From positions 124,001 to 188,000 of the forward strand of contig LSRY02000059.1 in assembly GCA_001643675.2 (NCBI GenBank): DNA of 64,000 bases, in the 5' to 3' direction. Source of the DNA: Monocercomonoides exilis PA203 (Eukaryota; Protista; Preaxostyla). Below, in pieces: positions 11,030 through 23,000 of the stretch (its first letter is position 1; each line of letters opens with the position of its first letter). The translations under genes and the position numbers were made by a program. Below the pieces are notes generated by a model. The model made no database searches. It worked only from the letters and a program-made list of their open reading frames with translations, and was not told the DNA's origin.

Positions 11030-14000
11030 TAATTAATCTTTTTTTCTTATTATAAAAACAATATTAATAAGAGGGAATTTTTTATTGAGATGATTTCAAA
11101 ATATTTTTTATACGTCAGTTGATACTCACATTATCAATATTTTTTAGGAGCAAAATTATTTTTGTTCTTTTTCAGTTTTGTTTTGCTAATGCCCTATTGT
11201 TGCGTTAAGACAATTCTGCTGTTCTTTTCTGCTTTTGCAACAATCAGCACACATGTTTCCACACACACAAATGAAGATTCAGAATGTGAAAACCATAAGA
11301 CCGTTGAATTTGACTTGATTGGTGATAGCCAAATTGCAAACTCCATAATGCACGCTTTCCCTTGTTCACATCCCTCATATTCCCACTTTCAACCGAACAC
11401 AAAACACACAGTTGCAGCAGAGTTTGTGATGGTCAATTCATCAGCTGAGCTGAAGTGGTTGAGCATTGTGCAGGTTTCAGGCAAGCGGGGAGTTGTTTGC
11501 ACAGACTCGTCAAGTGTGAGGGTGGTTGAGTGTGCGCTGAAGCTGGACAGAAGCAGCACAAAAAGCATGTTCTATGCATCCCGAGCAGCACTTGTGCTGA
11601 CAAACATCACCCTCTCATTTCCTTTCGCACACAGTGCAGCACAGCCTCTGATATCTTCACATCCACTCACACACACTGTGCAGCACAACAGCGGGAGAGT
11701 GGCTGTGGAGTCATCGCTCATTGCTTCAGTGTGTATTGGTGCTGAACCGTTTCTTTCTCCAATCCACGTGCCAGCCATCCATTTGGCAAGCACCGTGTTC
11801 ATCAATGTCACACAACCACATGCTTCATGTGCTGATGCCAAAAGAGATGGAGGGATGACAGAGGAGCAGCACACACTGATTGACAGCTGCTTGATGGATC
11901 GTGTGGAGAATGGATATGATGGTGGGATTGTGTGGGGGATGAGTGTTTGCAAAGGCAGCTTCACGGCTTGGAACTCCTCGTTTTGTCGCTCCACCAGAAC
12001 TGCCTGCCAACGAATTGAACATTCTGGCTCAGCCACAACCGATGTCAATGAATGTGCTTTTCATAATAATGAAGGTTCACAATATGGTGGAGCAATTTAC
12101 CATCAATCAACGGGAACATGCTCAATTCAAAACAGTGAATTCGATGACTGCCAAGCAAAAACAGCTGGTGGTGCGTGTAACATTATCTATTCATCAAAAG
12201 TTACCGTTGGAACCTGTGTATTTTCAAATTGTTCGGCGAATGAATGGGCTGGAACATTAAGGTTAAGCTTTATTAATCAACTGAACGTCAATCAATGCAA
12301 CACAACAAACAGTGCAGCACATTGGGCAGGAGGAACAGTTGAAGCAACAGAAATTAGAAATGGAAGTTCATTTTCGAACAACATCATAACGTCAGGCAAA
12401 GTAATTACACCAGATAACAATGAAACTGGAGGAGGGATATGGTGTTCAAATACGTTTGGCATGGTGTTTTCAGAGTGTCTGTTCAGATCGTGCTCATCGG
12501 AAAACAGTGTTGGTGGTGCAATGAGTTTCTCAACTCGAGAATATAGTTATCTTATCACAAAGCTCTCCTTCTGCTTCTTTGATGGGAATCAGGCCAGCAG
12601 CACTGGGGCTGACATCTATGCATCACAGGAGTGGAGCACGGTTCTTGTGGAAAGCAACATTGTGGAGTGTCGAACATCAACCACAGCACCAAACAGATTG
12701 TTTGTGGCTGGCAGCGACCGCAGCCACCTGATGAACAGGCTCCTCTCCCAGGCATTTGTCAGCAAGCACAACGGCTCAGACACCCCGCTCTGCGGCATCA
12801 CACTCTTTCCCTGCAGCACACTCGGCTTCTCGCTCACCCTCATCAATAGGTCTGCCCACCCGGTCTCCATCACTTTTGCTCCTGGCACTTATCCCGAGGC
12901 AGAGGCAGCTGTCGACTCGCTGGTGCTCCAAGTTGCTGGCCACAAGAGCTCCACAACCATCCTGCCAAAAGCCACCACTCGCTCTTTCGTCTCCCTCACC
13001 AGCGGACAGCTGACATTTGTCTCCTTCACTGTTGTCCACGGCTCTCCATCAGCACAGCCTGCCTCCCACCCCCTGTTTTCTGTCTCGAGCACAGCAGCTG
13101 CATGGATCAAAAACTGCCTCATCACTGCAGACACAGCACAGAACAATGTGTTTGGAGCACCCCTCATCACCATGGATGGAGGGGCATTGGCTGTCGAGAA
13201 CTGCGAGATAAACACAATCACACTCTCGGAGGCGCCTCTCATCCGCGCAGCAGTCACAGCCGAGCTGGCACTCACCAACATCACAATATCAGCGGTGCAA
13301 CGGGGTGTGGGGAGCGGTGCTGGAGCAGAGTGTGACATCGAGGATGGCGGGGCTGTGGAGATGAACAACGTGTCGCTGAGTGGGTGCACATGCTCGAAGG
13401 GGGATGGTGGGGGTGTTTGGGCGAGGCTGAGGAGTGGAGGCAGATTGCAGATGGGAGCTGTGTCAGCAGTGTCGTTTGAGGGCTGCACTGCTCCGAACGG
13501 GCAGGAGGCAAAGGGGAAGGGAGGTGGGGTGTTTGTTTCGGCTGAAGGTGGAGGATGTGCGATGGTGCTGAAGGAGATGGGCTTCTCGGGGTGTGCAGCG
13601 TGGAAGGGGAACAATGTGTTTGTGGAGGCGCCTGTGCTGCGGGTGGTTGTGAGCACCTCCTCGATGGGCTTCAGCAGGAGCGGGATGAGCGACGAGGATC
13701 TGATGGGATTCGAAGACGGGCATCGAGAAGACCCACTCCCGCTGGCACCCTTTCTGAAGGTGTTTTCACCCCCAGCGTTTGTTGGCGGAGCCAAGGGGAG
13801 AGACTTCAGCGCCTGCGGGTTTGCCGAGCACCCCTGTGTGTCCATCGGAAAGGCAGCTGGCCTGTGGTTTTCTGGCAGCAAAAGAAGCATCATCCTGCAC
13901 ACGGGGTTTGTGTGGAGAGAGGAGATCGAGCTGGGCGGCAACGAGTGGAGCATCCAGTGCGAGGAAAAAGGAGACGAGGTTGGTGTTGCACCCTCTGCAC

Positions 14001-17000
14001 CCCCTTCCCATCCTGCGCTCATCACAACCACACGCCCTGCACAGCTCATCAACGTGGTCTTTGCTCTGCCACAGACCCTTTCGCAGTCCACAACACACCT
14101 CCTGTGCTGCAAGGGTGCCACACTGACACTGACTTCGTGCGGAATCAAAACAGCTGGTGGGGTTCACTCGGTGGCGTTTGTGCCTCTTGCTGTGACAGAC
14201 GGGAAGATCGAAGCCACAAACCTTGTGTGCTCAGCAATGGCGCTGGCTGGCCAGCCACTGATGTCTGTTGCAGGTGCTGGGGCAGAGGGCGACATTGGCA
14301 AGCTGAGTGTCGAGTCTGTCAGCACAACTGCCGAGTGCGGGCTGCTCGAGGTTGCAAATGGCGGCTCCTTGCGGGTGTGGAACTCCACAGTGTCCTCGCC
14401 CACAGCACCCCTCGCATGCCCACTGCTCAGCTCTGCCTCTGCAAAGGCAATACTCCTCCAAAATAGCACCTTCGCCAACTTCGACAGAGCCAGCCGGAAT
14501 GGCGGATGCATCGAGTGCACACTGGCAGACGGATCGAGCCTGGCTGTTGCTGGGTGCACTCTGAGCGAGTGCTGCAGCAGAGGCGCAAATGGCGGAGGGA
14601 TCTGGGTCGAGATGAAGTCTGGAAGCCACTTCTCTGTGGAAGGCTCGACTGATGCTGATGCTGGTGGTGATGATGGTGATGGTAGAGTTGCAGGGTTTGA
14701 CACGTGTTCAGCATTGAAGAGCGCAGAGGGGGAGCACGGGTGTGGAGGAGGGGTGTATGTGGATGCAGAGGAGGGTGCAACCGACTTTGTGGTGGGGGAT
14801 GTGGTGTTCGCCAGCTGCACTGCCGAGAAAGGGTCCAGCCTGTTTGTCTGTGGATACGACCTGCTGGCGCTGATCAACGAGCACTCGCTCGGCGCACACA
14901 GGGAGGAGGCTGATCTGGCCAAGCTGGCTGGGTTCGAGAGGTGCGCCACAGACAGCTCGTTCTGCATCCCGCTGGTGGTGTATCTCTGGACCAACTTCAC
15001 AGCCGACGGCTTTGTGGACGGGGCTGGCGGAGGCGACTTCAGCCGGTGCGGGTTCAGCGAGGCGCCGTGCAGGACTGTCGACCACATTGTCTCCACCCGG
15101 TTCGCGCCCCTCCCCCAGCGCCCTTCCACAATCACCATCGCCTCAGGCTCCACAATCACCAAGGCACTCAACCTCCTTCCAGCTGCTGCCCCTGCTGCCC
15201 CGCAGCCGCTGCCATCCCTCACCATGCAAGGAGCAGCCCAGGCTGCCCGGCTCTCTGTGTTTGATCTCGCCCCAGCCGAGCAAGACGCCTTCCTCGCCTC
15301 GGCCATCACCCTCACCCTCCACTCCCTCGCCCTCTGCATCCCTGCTGCCCTGCGCCAGCCAAGAGCCTTCTTTTGCTCCTCATCCCGTGCGCTGTGCATC
15401 TCCGCCTGCTCGTTCGAGCTGAGAGAGGGGAGCATGCTGGCCTATTCGCTCATCCTCGTCGAGGAAGGGTCCTTCAGTGCGAGCCAGCTGGCCATCGGCA
15501 CAGACTCATCTGCAACCGCTGTCTCGTGCTTGCCACCCCTGGTTGTGATCCGCTCGTCGGGATCTGTGAGCCTGGCAGGCTGCTCGGTGGCGGGTGTGTC
15601 TCACTCCCAAGGCAACGGATCCTGGGCTGCTGCGGAGTGCCAAGGGCCGTCAGCAAGGCTCTGCATCGCCAACAGCACCGTGTGTGGATGCAGTGCAGCT
15701 GCAAGCGATGGAGCGGGTGGAGGGCTGCTGTGCAGTGCTGCTGGCGGAGCAACAGTCGAGATCAGCAACACCTCCTTCACCCTGTGCAGTGTTTCCAGCG
15801 AGGGCACACTCGCGAAGGGAGTTGGCGGAGGGGTGTTCCTCGACTGCGCTGGAGCAGCATCTGGCTTCCAGCTGAGCAACACATCGTTCGACCAGTGCAG
15901 TGCGTGGAAGGGCAAGAACCTGTTTGTCTGTGCCGACTCTCTCTCCCAGCTCGTCACCCGCACCTCCATGAACTTCACCTTCGCGATCGGCGTGGATGAG
16001 GCGCCAGACCTGGACGAGCTGAGCGGCATCGACAGGGCAAGTGCATCCCTTGTGCTCCCGCTGGTGCTCCTGCTGCGCTCCTTCGCTCGGCCCTGCGTTG
16101 TGGGGGGCGAGGACGGCGTGGATGCATCCCTCTGCGGATATCCCGACTATCCCTGCCAGACCATCCCGTATGCTGCCTCCTCCCGCTTTGGCCAGTCCCT
16201 CGCTGCCCTCCGCCTCCAGCCCCCTTTCTCCTTCAGAGACACCCTCTGCCTCTGCTCGCAGCCACTCGCCGTCGACTCTGCTGCTGCGGGCACACAGATC
16301 GACATCAGGGCTGATGGCGAAGGAGAGGGCGAGGCCTTGGTCGAAACAGGGATCGAAGTCGGCCTCTCGGGGATGTGCTTTGGCCTGCCTTCCTCCTTTG
16401 CGCCCCGCCCCCGAGCAGCCCTGTTCTGGTGCAGCGCAGCCACACTCACCTTCACCGCATGCACCACAGCTGCCCCGCCCTCTCCCCTCCAGTACTCCTT
16501 CGCTGTCGCCTCCAGTGGCACAGTGCTCCTCTGCCAGTTCGCCATGCACAGCACAGCCTTTGCTGCGTCCCCCGCATTCCTCCTCGAAGGCAGCAGTGCT
16601 GCTGGCTCGTTTGTCGAGCTGCACCTGCGCAGCACCACCACAAACGCGCCCAACGGGCTGATCCGCGCAGCATCCGGCGCCTCTCTGCGCGTGGAGAACT
16701 CGACCATCGCCGATGCCACCATGGACTCGAGCGAGGTCATCTGCTCCCCGCTCACCACCACCTTGGCGCTGAAGAACACCTCCTTCGCCAACATCACCAG
16801 GCTGCGTGGAAGCGGAGGGCTGGTGGTCGGGGCTGTGAGCGGGGGAAGGAAGTTCAGCTTCGCCAACTGCACCATGGAGAGGTGCAGCTGCATCGAGAGC
16901 GGCAGCACGCGCGGCGGCGGGGTTGTGGCCGAGGTGAAGAAAGGCGGAGAGTGGGTGTTCGAGAAGAGCACTGCAAGCGAGTGCACAGTCGACGGGCTGG

Positions 17001-20000
17001 CAGGGTGCGGAGGAGGGCTGTTCCTGCGCTTTGCGGTGGCCGATGTGCGGTACTCCATGAAGGGCATCGCCTTTGCAGCCAACGACGCCTGGCTCGGCAA
17101 AGACGTGTATCTCGTGTGCCCCGCCCCGCACGCTGCCCTCCACGCCATCTACTGGGAAGGCTCTGCCGCCGACACAGACCCCGCCACCACCAAGTGGGTC
17201 CACGACGACTCTGCGCCCCAGGGCGCCAACGTGTCCATCCTCTTCTACCTCTTCCCCCCCTCCGACGAGATCGTGTATGTGCAGAGCGGCACAGACCCCT
17301 TCCCGCAGTGCGGCAGCAAGGTGTATCCCTGCGCCACCATCCCCGTGGGTGTGGCTGCGCTGAGCGGCAACAGAACCATCGTCCACCTCACCAACCCAAA
17401 CACCCTCGCCAGCAGCATCGACCGCGACACACTCTCGCTCACCATCGAAGGAGAGCGCGGCGCACGCTCCCACCTCACCATCCAGCCAGGCGGGTGCTTT
17501 TCCCTCACCGCGGGAACAGCTGCAACCTCCTTCACCCTTTCCCAGCTCGTGCTCCTTCTTCCATGCTCCCCTCTCCAATCTGGCCTGTCTGTGCCTCCCC
17601 TCATCACTGCTGCCACTGGCCGCTTTTCGGTGGTCGACTGTCTGTTCGGCACGCAGGACGGAGCAGAAGACGGAGCAGAGGCATCCACATCCATGACTGT
17701 GGCGTCAGGCGAGGGAGGCACCATCCTCTTCGACTCCGTTGCCTTCTCCCACCTCGCCTTTGCGGGAGGAAGCCGGATTGCACACATGGGCAGCGGGAGT
17801 CTCACCATGGAGGGGTGCAACATCACGTCTGTCTCAGGCAGCGGAGGAGGGCTGGTTGCTGGAGGTGCGGGTGCAGCGCTGTCTCTGAAGGGGCTGAGGG
17901 TGCACACAACCCCAAGCACAGACGGGCACTTCCTCAAGGCCAGCTGCTCTGCCAAGGTGGAGATCGCAGACGGATGCGAGTTCGAGCAGTGCAGCTCGGC
18001 AGCGGGGGATGGCGGGTGTGTGTGGTGCCAGATGGATGGCGAGGGAGAATTGGGCATCCACAACTCCTCCATCAAGGCGTGCAGCGTCCCTGCCTCGAGT
18101 GGCAGAGGCGGTGGCATCTTCTTGCACCTGCTTGACCAGCCCAACAACAACAACAACAACAACAACTTCCAGCTGGCTGACCTGACCTTCTCAGCCAATG
18201 CAGCCCTGTGCGGGAGAGATGTGTTCCTGATGTGCACAGACCTGAACGAGAGCGTGAAGGCTGCGCGGTTTGTGTCTCTTGCTGGAGACGGAGCAGAGGG
18301 AGAGGCAGAGATGGAAGGCACAGACACACACAGGTTTGGCGATGTGCCGGTGGAGCTGCAGCTGTTTCTGAGGGTGCGGAAGGCTGGCGAAGTCGTTGTG
18401 TCTGACCAGGGATACGATGTGCTCGGGTGCGGGACACGCCAGCACCCTTGCTTTTCGTTCTGGAGAGGCCACGCAAATGCCGATGCATCCCTGCCCAGCA
18501 GGACAATGCTCGTCGCCAACTCCACCTTTGTGCAGGATGCCCTGGATGTCTCAGGCTTCCTGGTGCAGTCGTCCGACGACGCCTCATCCTGCACCATCTC
18601 TGTCCGCTCAGCCGTCTCTTCTTCCGCTGCCTCTCCTGCCTCCGCTGTCCTCGCCACAGCTGCAAAGACTGCCTTCCTCCGCATCCTCTTCGACCTTCCC
18701 TCTGCCTTCTCCTCTGGCCAATCTGTCTTCCTCTCCTCCTCTGCGCCTCATGGCGAGCTCTTCCTCACCAACATCACATTCTCTTCTGCCTCTGCTCGCT
18801 CCCTCAGCTATCTGCTCCTCAGTGCAGCCGGCCAGTCTGTGCACCTCGCCCGGTGTGTTGTCCAGTCTCTCGCCTTTCCCGACGCTCCGCTCCTGCTCAT
18901 GTGCACCTCCACCATCGCCCACTCCTCCTTCGCCAGCATATCTGCCCCGGCCTCTGCAGACGGAGGCGCACTCAAGGCGGTTCTCGCTGCAGAGCACACA
19001 CTCGCCACTGCCAACACCTCCTTCGCCCTCTGCTCCTGCTCCCCACACAGCGGAAGAGGTGGCGCCCTCTTCCTCGACTGCACCTCCTCACACACACCCA
19101 ACCCCTTTGTGCTTGGCCTGGCAACATCATTCACGCAGAACGCAGCGCCAGTCGGGAGGCATGTCTTCGTTGCCAGCCTCGACCTCAATGCCACCGTGAC
19201 CAACTCCGCCTTCGCCTTCGACTGCTCCCCCTTCGCCAGCGACCCAAACGCGTTTGTCGGCAGCGACACAGCCCACCCCGCCACTGATCTCTTCCGCTTC
19301 CTCCTACCGTATCAGGCCGACGCCATCTATCTGTCGGCTGCTGGATCCGACGTGAAGAGGTGCGGGAGCGAAGCCGATCCCTGCGAGAGCTTCTGGAAAG
19401 GGATGCAGCAGGTGGACAGCGCAGCAGCACACAAGACCATCTTCATCGACGGCCACACGCTCGTGCAGGACCCCTTCGACCTGTCCTCCTTCACCGTCCA
19501 GTCTGCCCCTGCCCTGTCTGAGGGCAGCCCTCGCCCGGCACTCAACGCCCGCAGCACCACAGACACCCGCGCTGCCCCGCTGTTCACAAACACCAGGCAG
19601 CTCCGCCTCGACTCCATCGCCATCTGCACCTCTGCCTCCTTCGCAAACGCGCTGCAGGCGGTGATCCTGAGCGAGGGCGGAGACCTCGTGCTCACCCGCT
19701 GCGCCTTCTGCTCCAACGCAACCTCCCACCAGCCAGGCGACTATTCCTTTGTGGTGTGCCGGGGCGGCACTGCCACAGCCGACAACCTCGAGATGAGCGA
19801 TGTGTGTGTGGTGCTGCCCGTGTTCCGGCTGGAAGGGAGCTGCGGATGCCTCGTGGCTGGCGCAGCAGTGCGCTCCGCGAGGATCGCCTCGGGGTGTGTG
19901 TTCTGCTTTGCCAGCGGCTCGGCCGCAAGGACGAACGGAGAGGCGCGCTTTGTCTGCACAAACTCCACCTTCGACACAGTCACACGGGAAGACGACGGGC

Positions 20001-23000
20001 CCTGCTGCGTGTCGGCCGAGCCGGGCAGTGCTGTTGCGGCCGAGATGAACAGCACAGTGCTCGAGTCGTGCAGGGCTGGCACGTCGGAGTGGGGCGGGGC
20101 GTGGCTGTGCTGGCTGAGCGGCGAGGGGCACATGCGGATGTCCCAGTGCCGCGTCGTGCAGTGTGCCTGCTCCACCCGCACCGGCAGAGGCGGCGGCGTG
20201 TGCCTCGCCTCCGACCTCTTCGGCTCCCTCGACTTCCTCTTCGCAAAGTGCGCCTTCGACGCCAACACCGCCTGGCGCGGCAGAGACATCTTCGTCCAGT
20301 GCCGCAACATCCCCTCCCAGATCAACGACACCCAGTTCCGCTTCGACCTCCAGCCCGACAAATACAACCCCGTCAACGCCATCTTCGGCGCCGACTCCCT
20401 CGCCCCCGACCCCATCGACCTCATGGACTTCATCACCGTGCTCCAGCTCAGCACCGTTGTCGTGGCCTCCGCGCAGCCCAGCCCCGGCGAAGACTCCCGC
20501 CAGTGCGGCACCCCAAAGCTGCCCTGCCGCACAGTGGGGTGCGCCCTGGCCCATGTGTACGGCGACCTCTTCCGCATGCTCGCTGTCGACGGCCAGGGCG
20601 TGGTGAACGGAGAGGCTGTGCTGGAGGAGCTGAGTGTGTGTGCGCTCGACAGGCTGAGTGCAGACATCCTGTTCGAGGGCGAGCTGGTGCAGACACGCGA
20701 CTGCCTCATCGAGGCTGTCTCTGCTGTGGCCATCGAGTGCATCTCCTTCATCCTCCCGCCCTCGCCTCCCATCACCCACCCGGCCCTGCTCCACATCCGC
20801 ACAGGCACACTCACCCTCACCAGATGCAATGTCGGTGCGCCTGCCCAGACACCCCCTCCCCGCATCCACACCTTCCTCTCAGTGGAGTCGGCTGCTTGCA
20901 CACTCCGCCAGGTGGCTGTGTGCAACCTCGCCTGCCATGCAATCGCTGCAGCTGCTGGCGGATCCCTCGTTCTGCACGAGGTCTGTGCTGCTGATGTTGT
21001 GTGCCAGAGCTGCGCCATTGCTGCCGACAGCGCAGAAGTCACCATCGCCTCCTCCCGCTTCACACAGATGATGGCTGACTCTCCCAACACATCCTCTGCT
21101 CATGCTGCTGGTGCTGCTGCCCTGTGCCTCTCCCGCTGCAACAGCCTCTGCGTGGCCAACTGCACCTTCGCTGGCTGCTCCAGCCCCTCTCCAACAGGCA
21201 TGTCTGTGCGTGTGCTGGACTCCGCAAACGCAGCAATCGACTGCTGCCTGTTCGACGGGCTCAGCCACGCCACACACAGACTCCCCCCAGGCAACACCTT
21301 TCACGAGGTGTGCAGCTGGAACGGATCGATGCTGCACCTGCAGCGCGGCTCAGCTGCCGTGAAGGACACAGCTTTCGCCAACAGCCCAGCTGGCGCACTC
21401 TCCTTGAGCAACGGAAGTGCGACTGTCGCCAAGTGCGAGTTCATGAGCAACAACCCATCCATCGAGGGCTATCCATCGCTGAGAAGAAACATCATCTGCT
21501 CTGATTCAGGATCACTGGATGTGATGAGTCTGAAAGGAGGTGATGGATTGAAGGATGGTTCATCATTGTGGATGTTGAATGATGGATGTGCATTTGATGG
21601 GATTGTTTCTGAGAGAGATTCATCATTCTTCATTCCTGTGTTGGAGAGTGTGGAAACAAAAGAAGAGGCAAATAGAATGAAGCTGACATTCAAAGGAATG
21701 CTTCTTGTTCCATGCAATCTGTCATTCTCAGTTGTGAAGAGGAAGGGAGATGAGAAAGAGATTGAACATTATGATTTTGATTCAAATGGATTCTTGTCAG
21801 AAAGAGAAGCAGAAGGAAGTGTGGCAAAAGATCTCATCAGTGGTTGTGGAAGTGAAATAGAAGTGAGTGTTTCAATTTTGTTTGGGAATTCAAATGCTCC
21901 TTCATTGACACAGCCATTCATTTTGAAGAATGCAAGTGAAGCAAAGGGAACTGGAAATGAAAGGATTGTTGAAGGTGGAAACAAAGAAATGTCCATATGG
22001 CCTTTAATAGTAATTATTGTGTGCATTGTTTGTGTAATACTGCTTGTAGTCATTGTTGTTTTGACTGTCCGATGGAAAAAGCAAAAGAGAAGAACAGAAG
22101 AATTGGAGGTGATTGTGGAAGACACAGTGAAGAAGGATCCAAAGGCGTTTGAGATGGTGACGATGGAGATGTCGCCTGAGGATCAGTGGCGAAGAGCTGA
22201 GAGGGAGGCTGAGAAGAAAAATGAAGAGAGGATAAAGAAGAGAGTGTATGAAAAAAGCTTGGGACACTCAGAGTCATCGGAGCATTTATTGAGTGAGAGT
22301 GGATCGACTGAATACATTCTGGGGAGAGACTCAGACAAGATTCCTCAATGGATGCTGGAGAAGGAAGAAGATGATGAAGAAACAAGAAAGCGAACACCCT
22401 CACCATCCGTTTCATCCACTTCAACCACAGGCACTTCAGACACAGATTCAACATTTGTTCGAGGGGAGGATCTGTGCCCCACTACTTCATCGATGTCAAA
22501 TCTTGTCGATGCAATGGCATGCTCATCCCCACATGAGAAATTGATTGTGGACTTGAGGGATTCTCTGTTCATGTTGCTTCATGGAAAGAATAAGACAAAG
22601 GAGATGGCAATAGGAACTCTGAAGGAGAGGGAGCAGACAGCTGCTCAGATTCTGTTTTGGGTGGCTAATCTTTCGCTCCATTCATTTGATGAAATGGACA
22701 ACCCTCTCTCATCTCTTTCCAATCTGAGTCCCCACCTTGTGCTATTCTCCGAGCACATGGTGATCTGCATTGTGATGCATTCTGACTTGTTGTCAGATGA
22801 TGATTCAGACTCGTCTTCCATCTCTTCGTCAACTGTTGTGACTTCAACCAGTAATGATGACAACGACTCACTACCTTCATCTGCCTTTGAAGATGAAGAT
22901 AGTTTCAAAAAAGAGTGTCTGAGGTGGAAGGCGCCAGAGCTGCTGATCAACAAGAAGATGGGCGCAACAAAGGAGTCGGTGGCATTCTCGGTCGGGATGA

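Noticed and set aside
12050-12330. Diversity-generating retroelement (TR/VR pair) as the cause of the variable patch
   Set aside because: Differences are not adenine-specific in either direction (e.g. GGT/AAC, TCA/GTT), both copies are full genes, and no reverse transcriptase is visible in the window.
12560-21480. Bacterial contamination or recent HGT for the GC-rich segment
   Set aside because: It is in frame with a eukaryotic TM and TKL-like tail, is very Cys-rich, and is embedded among intron-containing genes.
12550-21500. Many long antisense and alternate-frame ORFs (up to 642 aa) overlapping the giant genes, mirrored at 45200-54100
   Set aside because: Expected shadows of a GC3-rich coding strand. 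They are low complexity, have no motifs and are broken at different points in the two copies.
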